NCBI GenBank assembly: GCA_965240325.2
Contig: OZ251242.1
Coordinates: forward strand, 930,001-994,000
Reading direction: 5' to 3'
DNA length: 64,000 nucleotides
DNA from: Rebecca billardiae RCC1528
Lineage: Eukaryota; Protista; Haptophyta
The notes beneath the pieces were generated by a model. That model saw only the letters and a list, made by a program, of their open reading frames with translations. It was not told the origin of the DNA and ran no database searches. Below are positions 21,924 through 33,340 of the stretch, piece by piece. A program made the translations under genes and the position numbers. Numbering within the stretch: the first letter of the stretch is position 1; the number at the start of each line of letters is the position of its first letter.

Positions 21924-22194
21924 CGGCTGCGCCGCCGGCTGGACCGCCACGCGCGCCGCCTCTCGAGCGGCGGCACCCCTGGTCCGCTCCACTGGCCACT
22001 CGGGCGACTGGCGAGCGCGAGAGTCCGGATGGACCGCGCGCAGCTCTTGACTGGCCGGATAACTGTTGCGCGCCCGGCATTTGTCGTTTCGCGACGTCAG
22101 GGAGTGTGTTGTTTGGGGGCGCGACCTCCATTGTGCCCGCAGCCCATCCCGCCCCCGCCGGCGCACGAGCGAGCGCTCGTGCGGGCCGGGCGCC

Positions 22195-23983
22195 ATGCCG
22201 TTCGTGATGACACGGCCGAGCTACGTCGACGAGTCGCTTTTCGGCTCGAACCATGTGGTGGCAAAGGCGCGGCTCGCCGTTGCCGCCGCCAACCCGGAGG
22301 CGAACGCGGGCGTGATCAGCGGCGGCGACCTCGAGCGAATCAAGTCGTCGACGCTCGGCAGCGAGCGGTCGGCTGCGGCGGGCGCGCGCGCGCAGCGGCA
22401 GGAAGCGCTCCGCGCCATGTCGCTCGCCAAGACGGCCAAGTGGCCCAACACCATCGAGGCGATCCGCAAGAAGAAGGAGGCCTCGCGCCGGGAGCGCCTC
22501 GACGCGGAGGAGGCGCTGCGCGTCGCGATCGACAAGGAGGAGGAGTCGTTCAAGGCGGAGAAGCGGCGGCTCGCGATCGAGCGGGCGAACAAGATGCTGT
22601 ACGACCAGACCGACCGCGTCAAGGCGCTGCACACGCGCATGCACATGGCCGAGCTCGACGCGGCGCGCGCGGAGCAGATCGCGTTCAAGGAAGCCGCAAA
22701 GCAGCGCGAGCGCGAGCGCGAGACGATGTGGCACGAGCAGCAGAAGGACATGCTGCGCAAGATGGACGCGGACGAGGACGCGCGCGACGCGGAGGACTTC
22801 GCGCGGCGCATGGAGGAGCGCCGGCTGCGCGAGGCGCAGGTCGCGCTCAAGCACGCCGAGTACGCGGACAAGCTCGCGACGATTAAACGCGAGGGCGAGC
22901 TGATGCGGCAGAAGGCGGCGGATGACTTGCGGAAGGAGCGCGAGATGGAGGCGCAGCGGATGGCGACGGAGGCGGCGGCGCGGGAGGAGTCGCTGCGGCT
23001 CAACGACTTCCTCAAGGAGCAGAAGAAGGAGCAGGCGAGGAAGGAGGCCGAGGAGGAGGCGCGCATGCGCAGGTGCGCGGCCGCGCGCCCGCGCCCGCCG
23101 CGCCTCGCGCCCGACCGCTGCCGCCGCCGCCTGTGCCGCCGCCGCCGCCGCCGCGAGCGCTGCCGACGGAGCCTTGGCTCGCGCGCTGAGCACGCGCGCA
23201 CGCCGCGCCGCGCGCACGCCGCGCGCAGGTACGCCATCGCCAAGGAGGAGTCCCTCCTCGCGCGCAGGAAGCGCGAGGAGGAGCGCTTCGACGCGAAGCA
23301 GCAGGTGCGGCAGCGCATGATTGACGCCCAGGTCGAGCGGCTTGCGCGCATGCAGGCGACGACCGACACACGGATGCAGCGGCAGGTGGAGGAGCTCGAG
23401 TCGCAGGTGCGCGAGGCGGAGCGCGCGCGGCACGAGAAGGCGCGCGCCGACCTCATCGCCACGCACATCTCGCGGCAGCAGCAGCTCAAGTGGCGCGCCG
23501 ACGCGAAGCAGCAGGCAGAGCTCGAGCAGCAGCACTACGCGTCGCAGCTCGGCGAGCTCAACGCGCGGCTGCGCAAGGAGGAGCTGCAGAAGATGCAGGG
23601 CGACCGGAAGGAGCGCGAGCGGCTGGACGACTACCTCTTCGACCAGATGGCCGAACGGCAGGCGAAGGAGCTCCACGAGCGCCAGGAGGAGGTGGAGGAG
23701 GCCGAGCACATCCGCCAGTTCCTCTCGGTAAGCCCACGGGCTGCGGGCCGCCGGCCGCGGACCGCGCGCGCGCGCGCTCGACGCGACGCGCGACGCCTCT
23801 GCGCGCGCGCGCGCGCGCGCGCGCCGGCGCTCACCCGCAACCTGCTGCCCGGCGCGCGCGCAGGACGAGGAGGCGATCTTCCAGCAGTACGCGCAGATGT
23901 GCATCGACGAGCTCAAGGACGAGGGGAAGACGACCAAGCCGATCGAGCTGCTGCTCTCAAAGAAGCACAACCTGGCAGACTGA
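22195..23983 (+). CDS. CFAP210: CFAP210/CCDC173-like flagellar microtubule inner protein (TPH coiled coil); exons 22195-23072, 23229-23727, 23864-23983
   Basis: Signature KWPNTIEAIRKKKE...IDKEE...RRLAIERANKMLYDQTDRVKALH followed by a long E/R/K coiled coil. GT-AG introns give a clean C-terminus DEEAIFQQYAQMC...TTKPIELLL. Confidence 0.8.
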
Positions 23984-24636
23984 ATTTACGAAGCGCACAG
24001 CTAAATTTCGACGGCGGTAAAATATATAGCAAAGGCGCGATGGACTACGGCTCGATTGTCAGCATGGACGTGATAAGCACATTGGCACTTTGCTGAGTTA
24101 GTGAGTAGTACGAACACTTATACTTATAGTTATGAACGTATGACCGGCGGCGGGACGCGATCGCCAGTCGCGAGATTACACGGCTCGCGTCGAGACGGAG
24201 TAAGTAAGGCGTAAGCTACCGCTCACGCTGTGATGATGCTCTACGGTTCTGAGCTAGTAGTAACGGAGTGCTCACACAATATAGTAGTAGACTCTACGGT
24301 CGTAACCTAGTTGACACCGCGGTCGCGTCACTCGGGCGTCCGCAAAGTTACTCAGTGTCTAGTATCGCGAGCCCCCGCTCGCATTGGTGTTCGGTAAGAA
24401 CAACCAATGCGAGCGGAGCGAGTTTTCCGGTAGGACACGCGTAGTCCGGTGATTCCTATACAAGATTGATGGCCTTCCAATAAGTATCCCACGGAATACA
24501 GTTTAGTCAGATCCCAATTGGTGCCAACGGTTTTCCGTGCAAAGTGCTAAGGGTACTCCCGGACCGGGTGGTACCGCATCGCAAGTTTTGTTGTATGTAA
24601 GTAATGAATACGGACCGGTACATCAGTAAGTAAGTC

Positions 24637-24915
24637 GTGCACCCCTCCTTTCATCTGTATTCGGAGTGTTGCAGCACGGTGGTGGTGCACCCTTTCATCT
24701 GTATAAGTGTATTCGGAGTGGTGCAGCAGACGCAGTGGTGGTGCATCAACCCTCCTTTCATCATCTGTAGTATTATTTGGAGTGGTGCACGGAGTGTGGT
24801 GCATGCACCCCTCCTTTCATCTGTATGGTATCATCCGGAGTGGTGCAGCAGTGGTGGTGCACCCAACAAGTGCACCCCTCCTTTCATCGTCTGATGTATT
24901 ATTCGGAGTGGTGCC
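24637..24915. repeat. Degenerate ~50-60-bp minisatellite (about 5 units, core GTGCACCCCTCCTTTCATCTGTA...CGGAGTGGTGC)
   Basis: Repeated core visible directly. Units differ by small insertions. Confidence 0.85.
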
Positions 24916-26055
24916 CCGGACACTCGGCGGTGAATCCGAGCCGCCGCTCCCGGGATCCGTGGCCGGCCCATACTCTCATCGTACTTCGTAGTCACGCAGC
25001 AGCCGTATATATATATATATATATCAGATTAGTATCGGTAATAACGACGTGCGGTATGTATGCACTCGGGCAAGCGTCAGGCTCAGAGTGCAGCAGTAGA
25101 CACATAGAATGCGCGTCCGCGCCTTCCAACCAGGTCAGGCAGTGCGCCACCCGCAGCCCTGCCCCTCTGAGGTCCGAGCAGGGCCGGGATGGAGCGCACC
25201 GCCTCGCCCTCGGCCTGGCGGCACGCGGCCCGGGCGACGGCAGATCAGCCGCCGCAGCCGTATATGTGGGGTTATTGGTACAATAACTGATTGTCTAAGA
25301 GGACGACAAGAACGCCGGGCGCCAGCGCCGCTCATCAGCCACATCGCCCTCTACCAGACCATCGCCTCAAAGCGCTGCTCCCGGACAAACAGTCTGTCCG
25401 GGTTTGTCGCCGCGGAGATCTGCTGTTTCCGGCGCCCCCTGGCTGCTTCGCCAGGCGCGGGCGCGCGAGATGGCTGCAGCCGGGCTCGTGGCCCTGCGTC
25501 GCCGGCGGCGGCGGCTCGCACGCGGGTGGCGCGTCGCGTGCACCGACCAACATCTTTCGGCAACCCGCCCACCCAGGGCCCGTTGGTCTGGTGCTCGGGC
25601 GGCGGGACCACAACACCCGCCGTCCGACCGCCCGGTCCTGCGGCGCTGCACTTAGGGCTCATGTGACCCCCTGCCTCCCAACACGATTGGGTTTTTCAGG
25701 TTAGGTCCCCAGCAGTGCTGCTCCCGGGCGGTCAGGTGGAGGTTCAGTCGACGAGTCCGCAGGCGCTCAGCCTTCCGTCAGCGGACGTCCGCGCGGGATC
25801 ACTCACGCACCGCGTCTCGTCGACGGCGAGCGGCATGCCCACCGCATCTGCTGCCGCTCCCACTGAGTAGGAACACACGCAGCCGCCTCGGCATCGACAT
25901 GCCAGGCGGCGTGCCCACCTTCGGCCAGCAGTTGGCGTCGGCGTTCACGAGGACGGCTAGACATATATATAGAGTCAGCAAAAAGCAAGGTGAAGGTCCG
26001 AACAATTGTTGGGGACCCTGATGATGTAGTCTATATCTATAAATAAGTCAGACTG

Positions 26056-27857
26056 TCATGAGACTGCTGTCGTCTGTAGTAGTCCGCCGTGCCGAACTTG
26101 GGCGGTCTGCGTCTGAATACGCGCTGACGACGAGGTCTCGGCCATCATGCTCGAGACCGCAGTATTGAAGGCGGCGATCCCGCCGGGGTAGGCCTCGATC
26201 ACGGTGAGGAGCAGCTGCCGGTCCTCGCTGTACATGCAATCCGCGTGGCGCGCGTCGAAGTTCCGAAAGATGAGGGCAGACCAGGTGGTCGTCATGCTCG
26301 GGAGCCGCAGCACGTCCGTCTTGCTCTTGCGCTCGGCCCCAATCGTGAGGTGGACGAAAAGCTCGAGCACGCACCAGCTGCACGCCATCGGGGACGTGAC
26401 GAAAGGCGCGCAGGCACAGGAGGGGTGGGTGGGTGGGTGGGTGGGTGGGTGGGTGAGGAAGGCGCGAGCGCAAGCGGCGCGCGGGGAGGCGTGTGGGGGG
26501 CGGTAGGTGGGCTCGTGCTCGCGCGTGAGCGTGCGCACGCACGCGCGCACAGGGCACAGGCGCTGATGGAGACTGGGGCCGAGGAGGACGAGAACTGGCG
26601 ATCGCAGCCGGCCAGGAACACGGGCAGGGTCGCCAAGCCCGGCCCGGGCGACGTATCCACGAGGCAGTACTGATCGATCCACAGCCGGGGCGCGCGCCCG
26701 TGCACGCGCGCAAAGTCGGCCGCCCACAGCAGCAGCTGCTCGGCCTTCTCCACCGCGCTGTCGTGGTGCGAGTAGTGGCACACGAAGGCGTCCACGCTGC
26801 CAATCGCTGCGGGCTGCGTCTTGGCGAAGTAATCCTCGTCGGTGAGCCTGCCCGCTAGTCCCGCGGCACATACCACGTCCGCGCCCACCGATCGGAAGGC
26901 CGCCTGCCCCAGCTGCAGCGCGTCGTCCGCCGAGCGGCCGTTGAGCAGCGCGCTGATCAGTGTCGCCGAGCTGATTGTCTCGCCGTGCGAAGCAAGCCAG
27001 GCCTGCACGACCTCACGGAGTCGACCGGATGCCGCTGCAACGCCGGTCAGCAGGAAGACCGACGCGTCGATGAAAGGCGGGAACGCGCCGAAGCTGTCTG
27101 TCTTCGGCGTGATCCCCAACACAGCGCGGACATCGGTCGTGGCGATGGCCAAGCCCATCACGATCTGCGTGACCGAGTACACGCGCCACACCATGTCGAG
27201 CTGCGCGCGGGCCAGCGTGTGCCTGGTGAGCAGCGCGACGACGAGAACCACGAAGCCCCACACGTTCGCAATAACGACGGCGCCCATTCGCGCCAAGCGC
27301 CAGGCCTGATATATGTGCACGCGGCGGACGATCGTGCACCGCTGCACTTGCTGGTACCGTCCACGAGCGCGCGCGCGGACGGGAGAATGATACGGGCAAA
27401 GGCAGCGTAGACGGTGTAGACGATGAAGAGAACGTACACCATCAGACCGATTCGCACCACGCGAGGTTGAGTCGGCAAGAGCGCGAGGAGCAGGCTGAGC
27501 GCGCCAAGGCTGTAGGTGATGTTGATCATCGCGGAGCGAGCGTAGAGCATCGCTCGAATCGGCGCGAGGCCAAACACCAGGGCGAGCATGAACAGGGTCA
27601 GCCCAAGCGCCACGGCGGGGATCTGGATCATTCTCTGGCGCCGGCGGCCCTGCGGTCGCGCGGGAGCGGTGCGACGCGACGAAGGGCTCAGTGCGCGTCG
27701 CGGTCGGACGCGCTCTCGGAGGAAGGCGGGTACGCACCGCGCTGCGAGAGCGCTCAAGCGCGCCGCGGATGTCGAGTGTGGAGGGTTGACTCGCGGGACC
27801 CTGGGTGACACGTGGGTCACCCTCCGCCTCGGCGGGTGACACGCGGGCCCCTGGCAT
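26056..27857 (-). pseudogene. Multi-pass membrane protein with C-terminal HET/TIR-like domain; two apparent frameshifts
   Basis: Several hydrophobic helices, then DAFVCH(Y)SHHD...PRLWIDQYC...LPVFLAGCDR / LVLLGPSLHQRL / WCVLELF...FDARHADC..SEDRQLLL. Frameshifts at ~27312 (extra TA) and ~26595. Two GT-AG introns inferred. Confidence 0.72.
26423..26454. repeat. (GGGT)n microsatellite in an intron (G-quadruplex-prone)
   Basis: About 8 GGGT units. Confidence 0.9.
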
Positions 27858-29113
27858 GGCACGAGTGCACGGTGACCGGGTGACGTTGATGCGGCTCGCG
27901 AGCTCTTCGACTAGGTAGTCATTATTGTCAGCAATAAAGATTCGTCCACATTTCCGCCACTCGAGGATGTTCTAAAATGTGAGCACATGCAATAAGTTCA
28001 AAAGTCACCGTTAATTCGGTGATCACGGATCAGGCGCAACATTTACTCATGATGGCGCAGCTGAAGTGGGGGTGAGATCACTGAGATGCAACCTCACTAA
28101 ATATACTGTATTTGGAAGTCGCCATCGATTAATGAGCCTCGGTCAGATATAATGAATACTACGTATAGTTGCGAACTTGGCGCCACGTACCGGCTCGTCA
28201 CGACGATACCATCAATATGTGGCGTTATAGGGAACCTCAACCTATAACTGAGTGTCTATGAGCGACGCCAAGAATCCGGCTCGCACCGTCGCACGGCGTC
28301 AGGCACGGCATTCCTGCGTTCATCCCGCGCGCACCGCCGCGCGCAGGAGTCCTGGTGCGCTGCCAATCTGGCCCACAGTGGCGCACCTGCAGGACTCGGT
28401 TGGTTACCGCTCACATCGGATCGATCAGGCTTCGCTCTCGGGGGCGCCATGGGGCTGCTCACGACGAAGGCGCCGAGCTGGGCAAGGGAATCGCCTGCAT
28501 CGGGCACTGCCGGGTGCACGCTCCGCTGCAGGAGGTGCACCGCAGTCGCCGCAGCCCCTCTGCTCGGTAAGGTCGCTGGCTGTCTGTGTGGCCCGGCTCC
28601 CCGCCTGATCGTTCGGCGGCGCGACGTCATCCGATCTGTCTTCGCCGCGTCGCCCCTCACGCAATGGTCTCTTGCTCTCGCCGCTGTCGCGTCAACCCGC
28701 ACGCTTCATCGATTGAGATACGCGCTCGCCTCGCGCCCGTGCGTCGCGCGGGTGCGGCGCACTCTGACGCGTGTCTGCTCGCCGCACGTCGCGATCGATC
28801 GTGCGCGCGCGGCCGCGCAGTCCTCGTCTCTTCTATTTCTAAACGGGATTCATCAACTACTACTTGGACGCCCGCTCCAACTTATAAAGGGGACTCGCGG
28901 GCGCCCTCTCGACCTCGGGCAGCAGCTCAACCGCCACGCCGCTGCCAGCGCCCGCTGTCGTTCGTTGCTCAAATCCCAACATAGCTAACTGTGATCGTTC
29001 CATGATTGATCATCGTGGTCGTCTACTCCACGACGCCGCGCGCCGCGACCATCCAGCTCCAGAGTCCATTCGTACCCGACGCCTTGTACGAGCCGGGCAT
29101 GGCGGAGTGGCTA

Positions 29114-29116
<3 letters not shown>

Positions 29117-29197
<81 letters not shown>
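29117..29197. repeat. (AT)~40 microsatellite
   Basis: Seen directly in the sequence. Confidence 0.97.
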
Positions 29198-29201
<4 letters not shown>

Positions 29202-29394
29202 TATGAATCATTAGGCGACGAGCGAGCGACCGCGGCCGCGCTCAGCTGAGCTCGGACTGAGCCACGACTACGTACGTACGAATTACGATCACGTTGCTTG
29301 CCGCGCGCGCGCTCTCGAGGGTCGCACACTCGCACCCCAGTAGTGTGTCATAATACTGCAGATATACTATATTATTATTGAGAGAGCATCATCA

Positions 29395-32300
29395 CTACTT
29401 GAAGTGAAACTGAAAGGGGCCAGCAGCAGGGCCAGGGTTGTCGGCCGTTGGGTCATCAAAGTGAAACCCGCCGCCGCCTCCGCCCGCGGCGGGCCCGGAG
29501 CCGAACATGAGGTCGGCGAAGGGGCTCTTGCCCCACTTGGGCGGCTTGGAGCCCGTGCCGTCGTCGCCCTCGCCGAAGACGTCGGCGTCGTCCTCGTCCT
29601 TGTCCTTCACCACCTCGTCCAGGCTGCCCCAGAGCTTCGTCACGTCGATGCGATCGTCCGGCAGGCCGTCGTCGTGGTCGGCGGCGCCGCCGCCGTCCCT
29701 CGGCGCCGCCGCGCCCAGGCCGTCGCTGAGCTCGCTGTCGCCGCCGTCGCTGCTGCTGCTGGTATCGTCGTCGTCGGCGGCGGCGGATGCGGCGGCGCCG
29801 CCCGCTGCCGCGCCGCCACCGGCGCGCGCGGCTGCCGCCGGCGCGCCGCTCTCCGCATCATCGCCGACCGGGCCGAGCACGCTCGCGAGGCCGCGCGCCG
29901 CCTCCCACGCGCCCGCGACTTGGCGCATCAGCTCCTCCTGGCGTGCCGCGGTGGGCGCCCACTTGCGCAGCATGGCGGCCGCGCTGTCCTGCGTGCGCGT
30001 CGCCTTGTACGGGTCGGCGCCTGCGCCGCGCGCGCGCGCGCCGCGCGGGGCAGGGTGTAGCGCGCGGCAGCCGGCGCGGCGCATGCGTCAGTCAGCGCAC
30101 GGATGCGCACGGCGCGAGCTGCGCGCGCGGCCGAGCGGCGCGGCTCGGCCGCGCGCGGGCGCTTGGAGCGCGGCCTGCACACCGGCTTTGATCAGCTCGC
30201 ATGCGGCCGCAACGTAGCCCGCCGCGCACGCGGCATGCAGCGGCGTGCGCCCCGACGCCGAGTGCACGTCGACGCGAGCGCCTGCGACGCGCGCGCGGGT
30301 GAGGGCCCGGCGGGTCCGGATGATCCGCGCGCGCGGCGCGGAGTCAGCGCGCCGCGCGGTGTGCGCGCGCCGCGCGGCAGCCGCCGCCAAGCCGGGACGG
30401 TGGCGCGCGCGGTGCGGGCGCGCGCGGCGCTCGTGAGTGCGCCGCTGGCGCGCGCGCGCGCGCGCGCGCGCACCGGCGGAGACCAACCTCGCGACCATCC
30501 GCGCGTGCCCCGCGCCGGCGGCGGCGTGCAGCGGCGTGCAGCGCGTCTTGGCGCCGCGCGCGTTGACGAGCGCGACGCGGATGGCCGCGCGCGCGGCGGA
30601 GATTCGATCGAGAAGACCGGCTCCGGCGGCGGCGCCCGCGCCGTCGAAGTGCAGCCGCGCGTATGGGCGCGGCGTGTGCGGCGTGCGCGGCGCGCCCGCC
30701 TCGCCGCCGTGCCGGCCCGCGCTGCCGCCGGTGCCGCTCCGCTTCGCCGAGCGTGGCTTGGGCGAGCCGCCGCCGCCCTCGGCCGCGGCCGCGGCACCCG
30801 CCCCCTCGGCCGACGCCGACGCGGCCGCGGCCGGCCGTGCCTTAGGCGTGGTCGGCCGCGCCTTCCCCGGCGTGGCGGGTCGGCCGGCGCTGACAGCGCT
30901 GCCGCGCGTGTCCGCGCGGCGCGGCGCCGCGCTGCCGCGCGTGTCCGCGCGGCGCGGCCCGGCCGAGCCGCGCGTGTCCCCGCGCCGAAGCCCGCCGCCG
31001 CCGGCCGCGCCGCCACCGCCGCCGCCGCCCGCCGGCCCTCCGCCGGCGATCCCGGTGCGCAGCTCGCGCTCGGCGATGTTGCACTCCTCCTCCACGGCGG
31101 CGAGCAGCACCTCGAGTGCGCGCATCGAGTCGGTCGCCGCGGCCGCGTGCCAGAGCCACTCGCCCGGCACCGCCGCCGACTCGTCCGCCGCGGGGACCGG
31201 CGCGCGCAGCCGCCAGTGCGCCAGCTGCATCGGCTGCCGGCCGGAGAGCGCGGCCAGGGCGTCCGCGGCCGCTCGCTCGTCCTTTGCTCTAAGCGCGTCC
31301 CAAAGCTGCCGGCCCGCGGCCTGCGCGGCGGCGTGCAGGCCCTGCGCGGCGGAGCTCAGCTCGGCCAGGCTCCCGAACGGCGTGTCCGCGTGCTTCGCCG
31401 CGAGCGCCGCGCGCAGATACCGCGGCGCCGCGCCGATGCCGTCCTCGACGAGCATGCGATGATGCGCGCTCGCCTCCGCGCGCACCGCGTCCGCGGGGAG
31501 CGCGCGCGCGTGCACGCTGACCGCACGCATGTACCAGGCCTCGGAGGATTTGGCACTCTTGTGGTAGAAGAGCGCGAGCCGCCCCTTGAGCGAGAGCTGC
31601 CCGTCGAGCAGCACCCGCGCCGGCGGCAGCGTCGCCGAGAGCTGCCCATCGACGTACGCGCGCGCCTCGCCCGCTTCCGCGTTCACAACTAGAGTGAGCG
31701 CTCTCCAGTGGTTGGAGGCCGCGCCGGGCACGCCGCCGCGCTCGGCGCGCGCGGTGCTCGACTCGAGGACGACGAGGCGCTCCGCGCGGTCGACCACGAG
31801 CTGCGCCTCCGCCTCCGCCTCCGCCATCGTCGCCTCCGCCGCGCCCTCGCCCTCGCCGCCGCCGCCGCCGCCCGCGGGCGCCGCCTGCGAGGCCTTGTGG
31901 CGCGCGGCCGCGCGCTTCGCCCAAGTGTCGAAGCCGCCCGTCGACAGCACGTTGCGCGCGCGCAGGCCGACGGACGGGATCTTGACGACGACGGTGAGCG
32001 TGTACTGGTTGAGGAACGCGCCGCCGCCGTTCTTGCGGAACGGCAGCCGCACGACCGCCGACGCGGCGCCCCACCCCTTCACGCAGCGCAGCCCGCCGAC
32101 GCGCGTGTGTTGCCACGGCCCGGTCAACTCGAGCCAGCGCGGCCCGCCCGCCTGCGTGCCCGGCGTGCCGCGCGTCAGGTCGAAGAGGCACGAGGTGCGC
32201 GTGGTGCGCGGGTTGGCCGCGACGCCGGCGCGCGCGCGGCGCATCCACTCGAAGTCGGTCTCGTCCATCTCCGCCTCCGCGCGCGCGCGCGCCGCGGCCA

Positions 32301-33303
32301 GCTCCTCCTGCTGTCGCTCCTCGAGCGCCGCCTCGCGCTGCCGCTCCGAGTCGACTGTGGCGTCGAGCAGCGCGCGCAGCTCGGCCTCCGCCTTGGGCTG
32401 CACGCGCGAGAGGCGCGCGTCGGCCGCGGCGGCGGAGGCGCGCCCGCCGCCCTCGCCCCCCGCCGCCGCGTCCGCCGCGTCCGCCGCGTTCGTCTCCTCG
32501 TCGTCCGCGCGGTCGGCGAGCGCGCTCACAAACTCGGCGTAAGTCACGTGTGCGCCGTGCGCCGCGATCGAGCGGACGAAGAAGAGGATGTCGGCGGGGG
32601 TGAGCTCGGGCAGGTCGAGCCACTCCATCGCGCCGTACATCTCCGCCAGCGAGATCAGCCCGTTCTGGTCCGCGTCGAACTTGGTGAACGCGTCGTGCAG
32701 CAGCAGGCCGCGCGTGCGCAGCGCGGCGCGCACGCGCACCGCCTGCGCGCGCTGCTTGAGCAAGCTCCACTCATCCTCGAGCGTGAAGAGCTTGGCGAGC
32801 GGCGTCTGGTCCCAGCGGCGCGCGGCGCGGCGGCGGCACGCGATCATCGACGCGAACCACAGCCGGCGGCGCGTCGGGTCCGCCGGGATCGCGCGCAGCA
32901 GCGAGTTGAGCTCGGACGGCTGGAAGTGCATGGCGCAGTCGATAAATCGGCACGAATTGTGCGCCGCGGCCGCCTGGTACTCGGTCGGCGCCGTCCAGTG
33001 CGCCGTGGCGTCGAGCACGGCGTCGGAGGCGGCGACGCAGCGCAGCGCGAGGGCGACGCGGCGCTTGGGCACCACGCCCTGCCCGCTCGCCTGCCGCATG
33101 TGCATCGCGCACCGGATCGTCTCCGCCTCGGCCAATGAGAGCACGGCCCTTATCCTGCCATCCTCCTCCGCGCGGAAGACTCCGGAAGTCAGGACGGCGC
33201 GCAGCTGCTCAAAGGAGAGCGAGGCGCCGGCCGCGCGGCGGGCGAGCTCGTCGGTGGTCTCGGCCTCGGAGGGCACGCCGCCGCGCACCGGCGCGCCCGC
33301 CTC

Positions 33304-33340
<37 letters not shown>

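Noticed and set aside
24637-24915. CRISPR-like repeat/spacer appearance
   Set aside because: The apparent spacers are homologous to each other and the repeats are degenerate. There are no cas genes and the context is eukaryotic, so it is a minisatellite.
24999-25265. 12-bp direct repeat GCAGCCGTATAT flanking ~250 bp, as a TSD
   Set aside because: Partly low-complexity, with no element hallmarks inside.
25290-25710. Possible decayed tyrosine-recombinase remnant (DLLFP...SHAGGAS...RWS across frames)
   Set aside because: Needs several assumed frameshifts; too weak to call without a profile search.
26423-26454. Interstitial telomeric repeat
   Set aside because: The unit is GGGT, not TTAGGG-like; the tract is short and intronic.
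28250-29110. Possible gene with a GT...GCGCAG intron
   Set aside because: No coherent frame or domain; at most a decayed pseudogene.
29002-29335. (IY)n-containing ORFs
   Set aside because: Translation artefacts of the (AT)n microsatellite.
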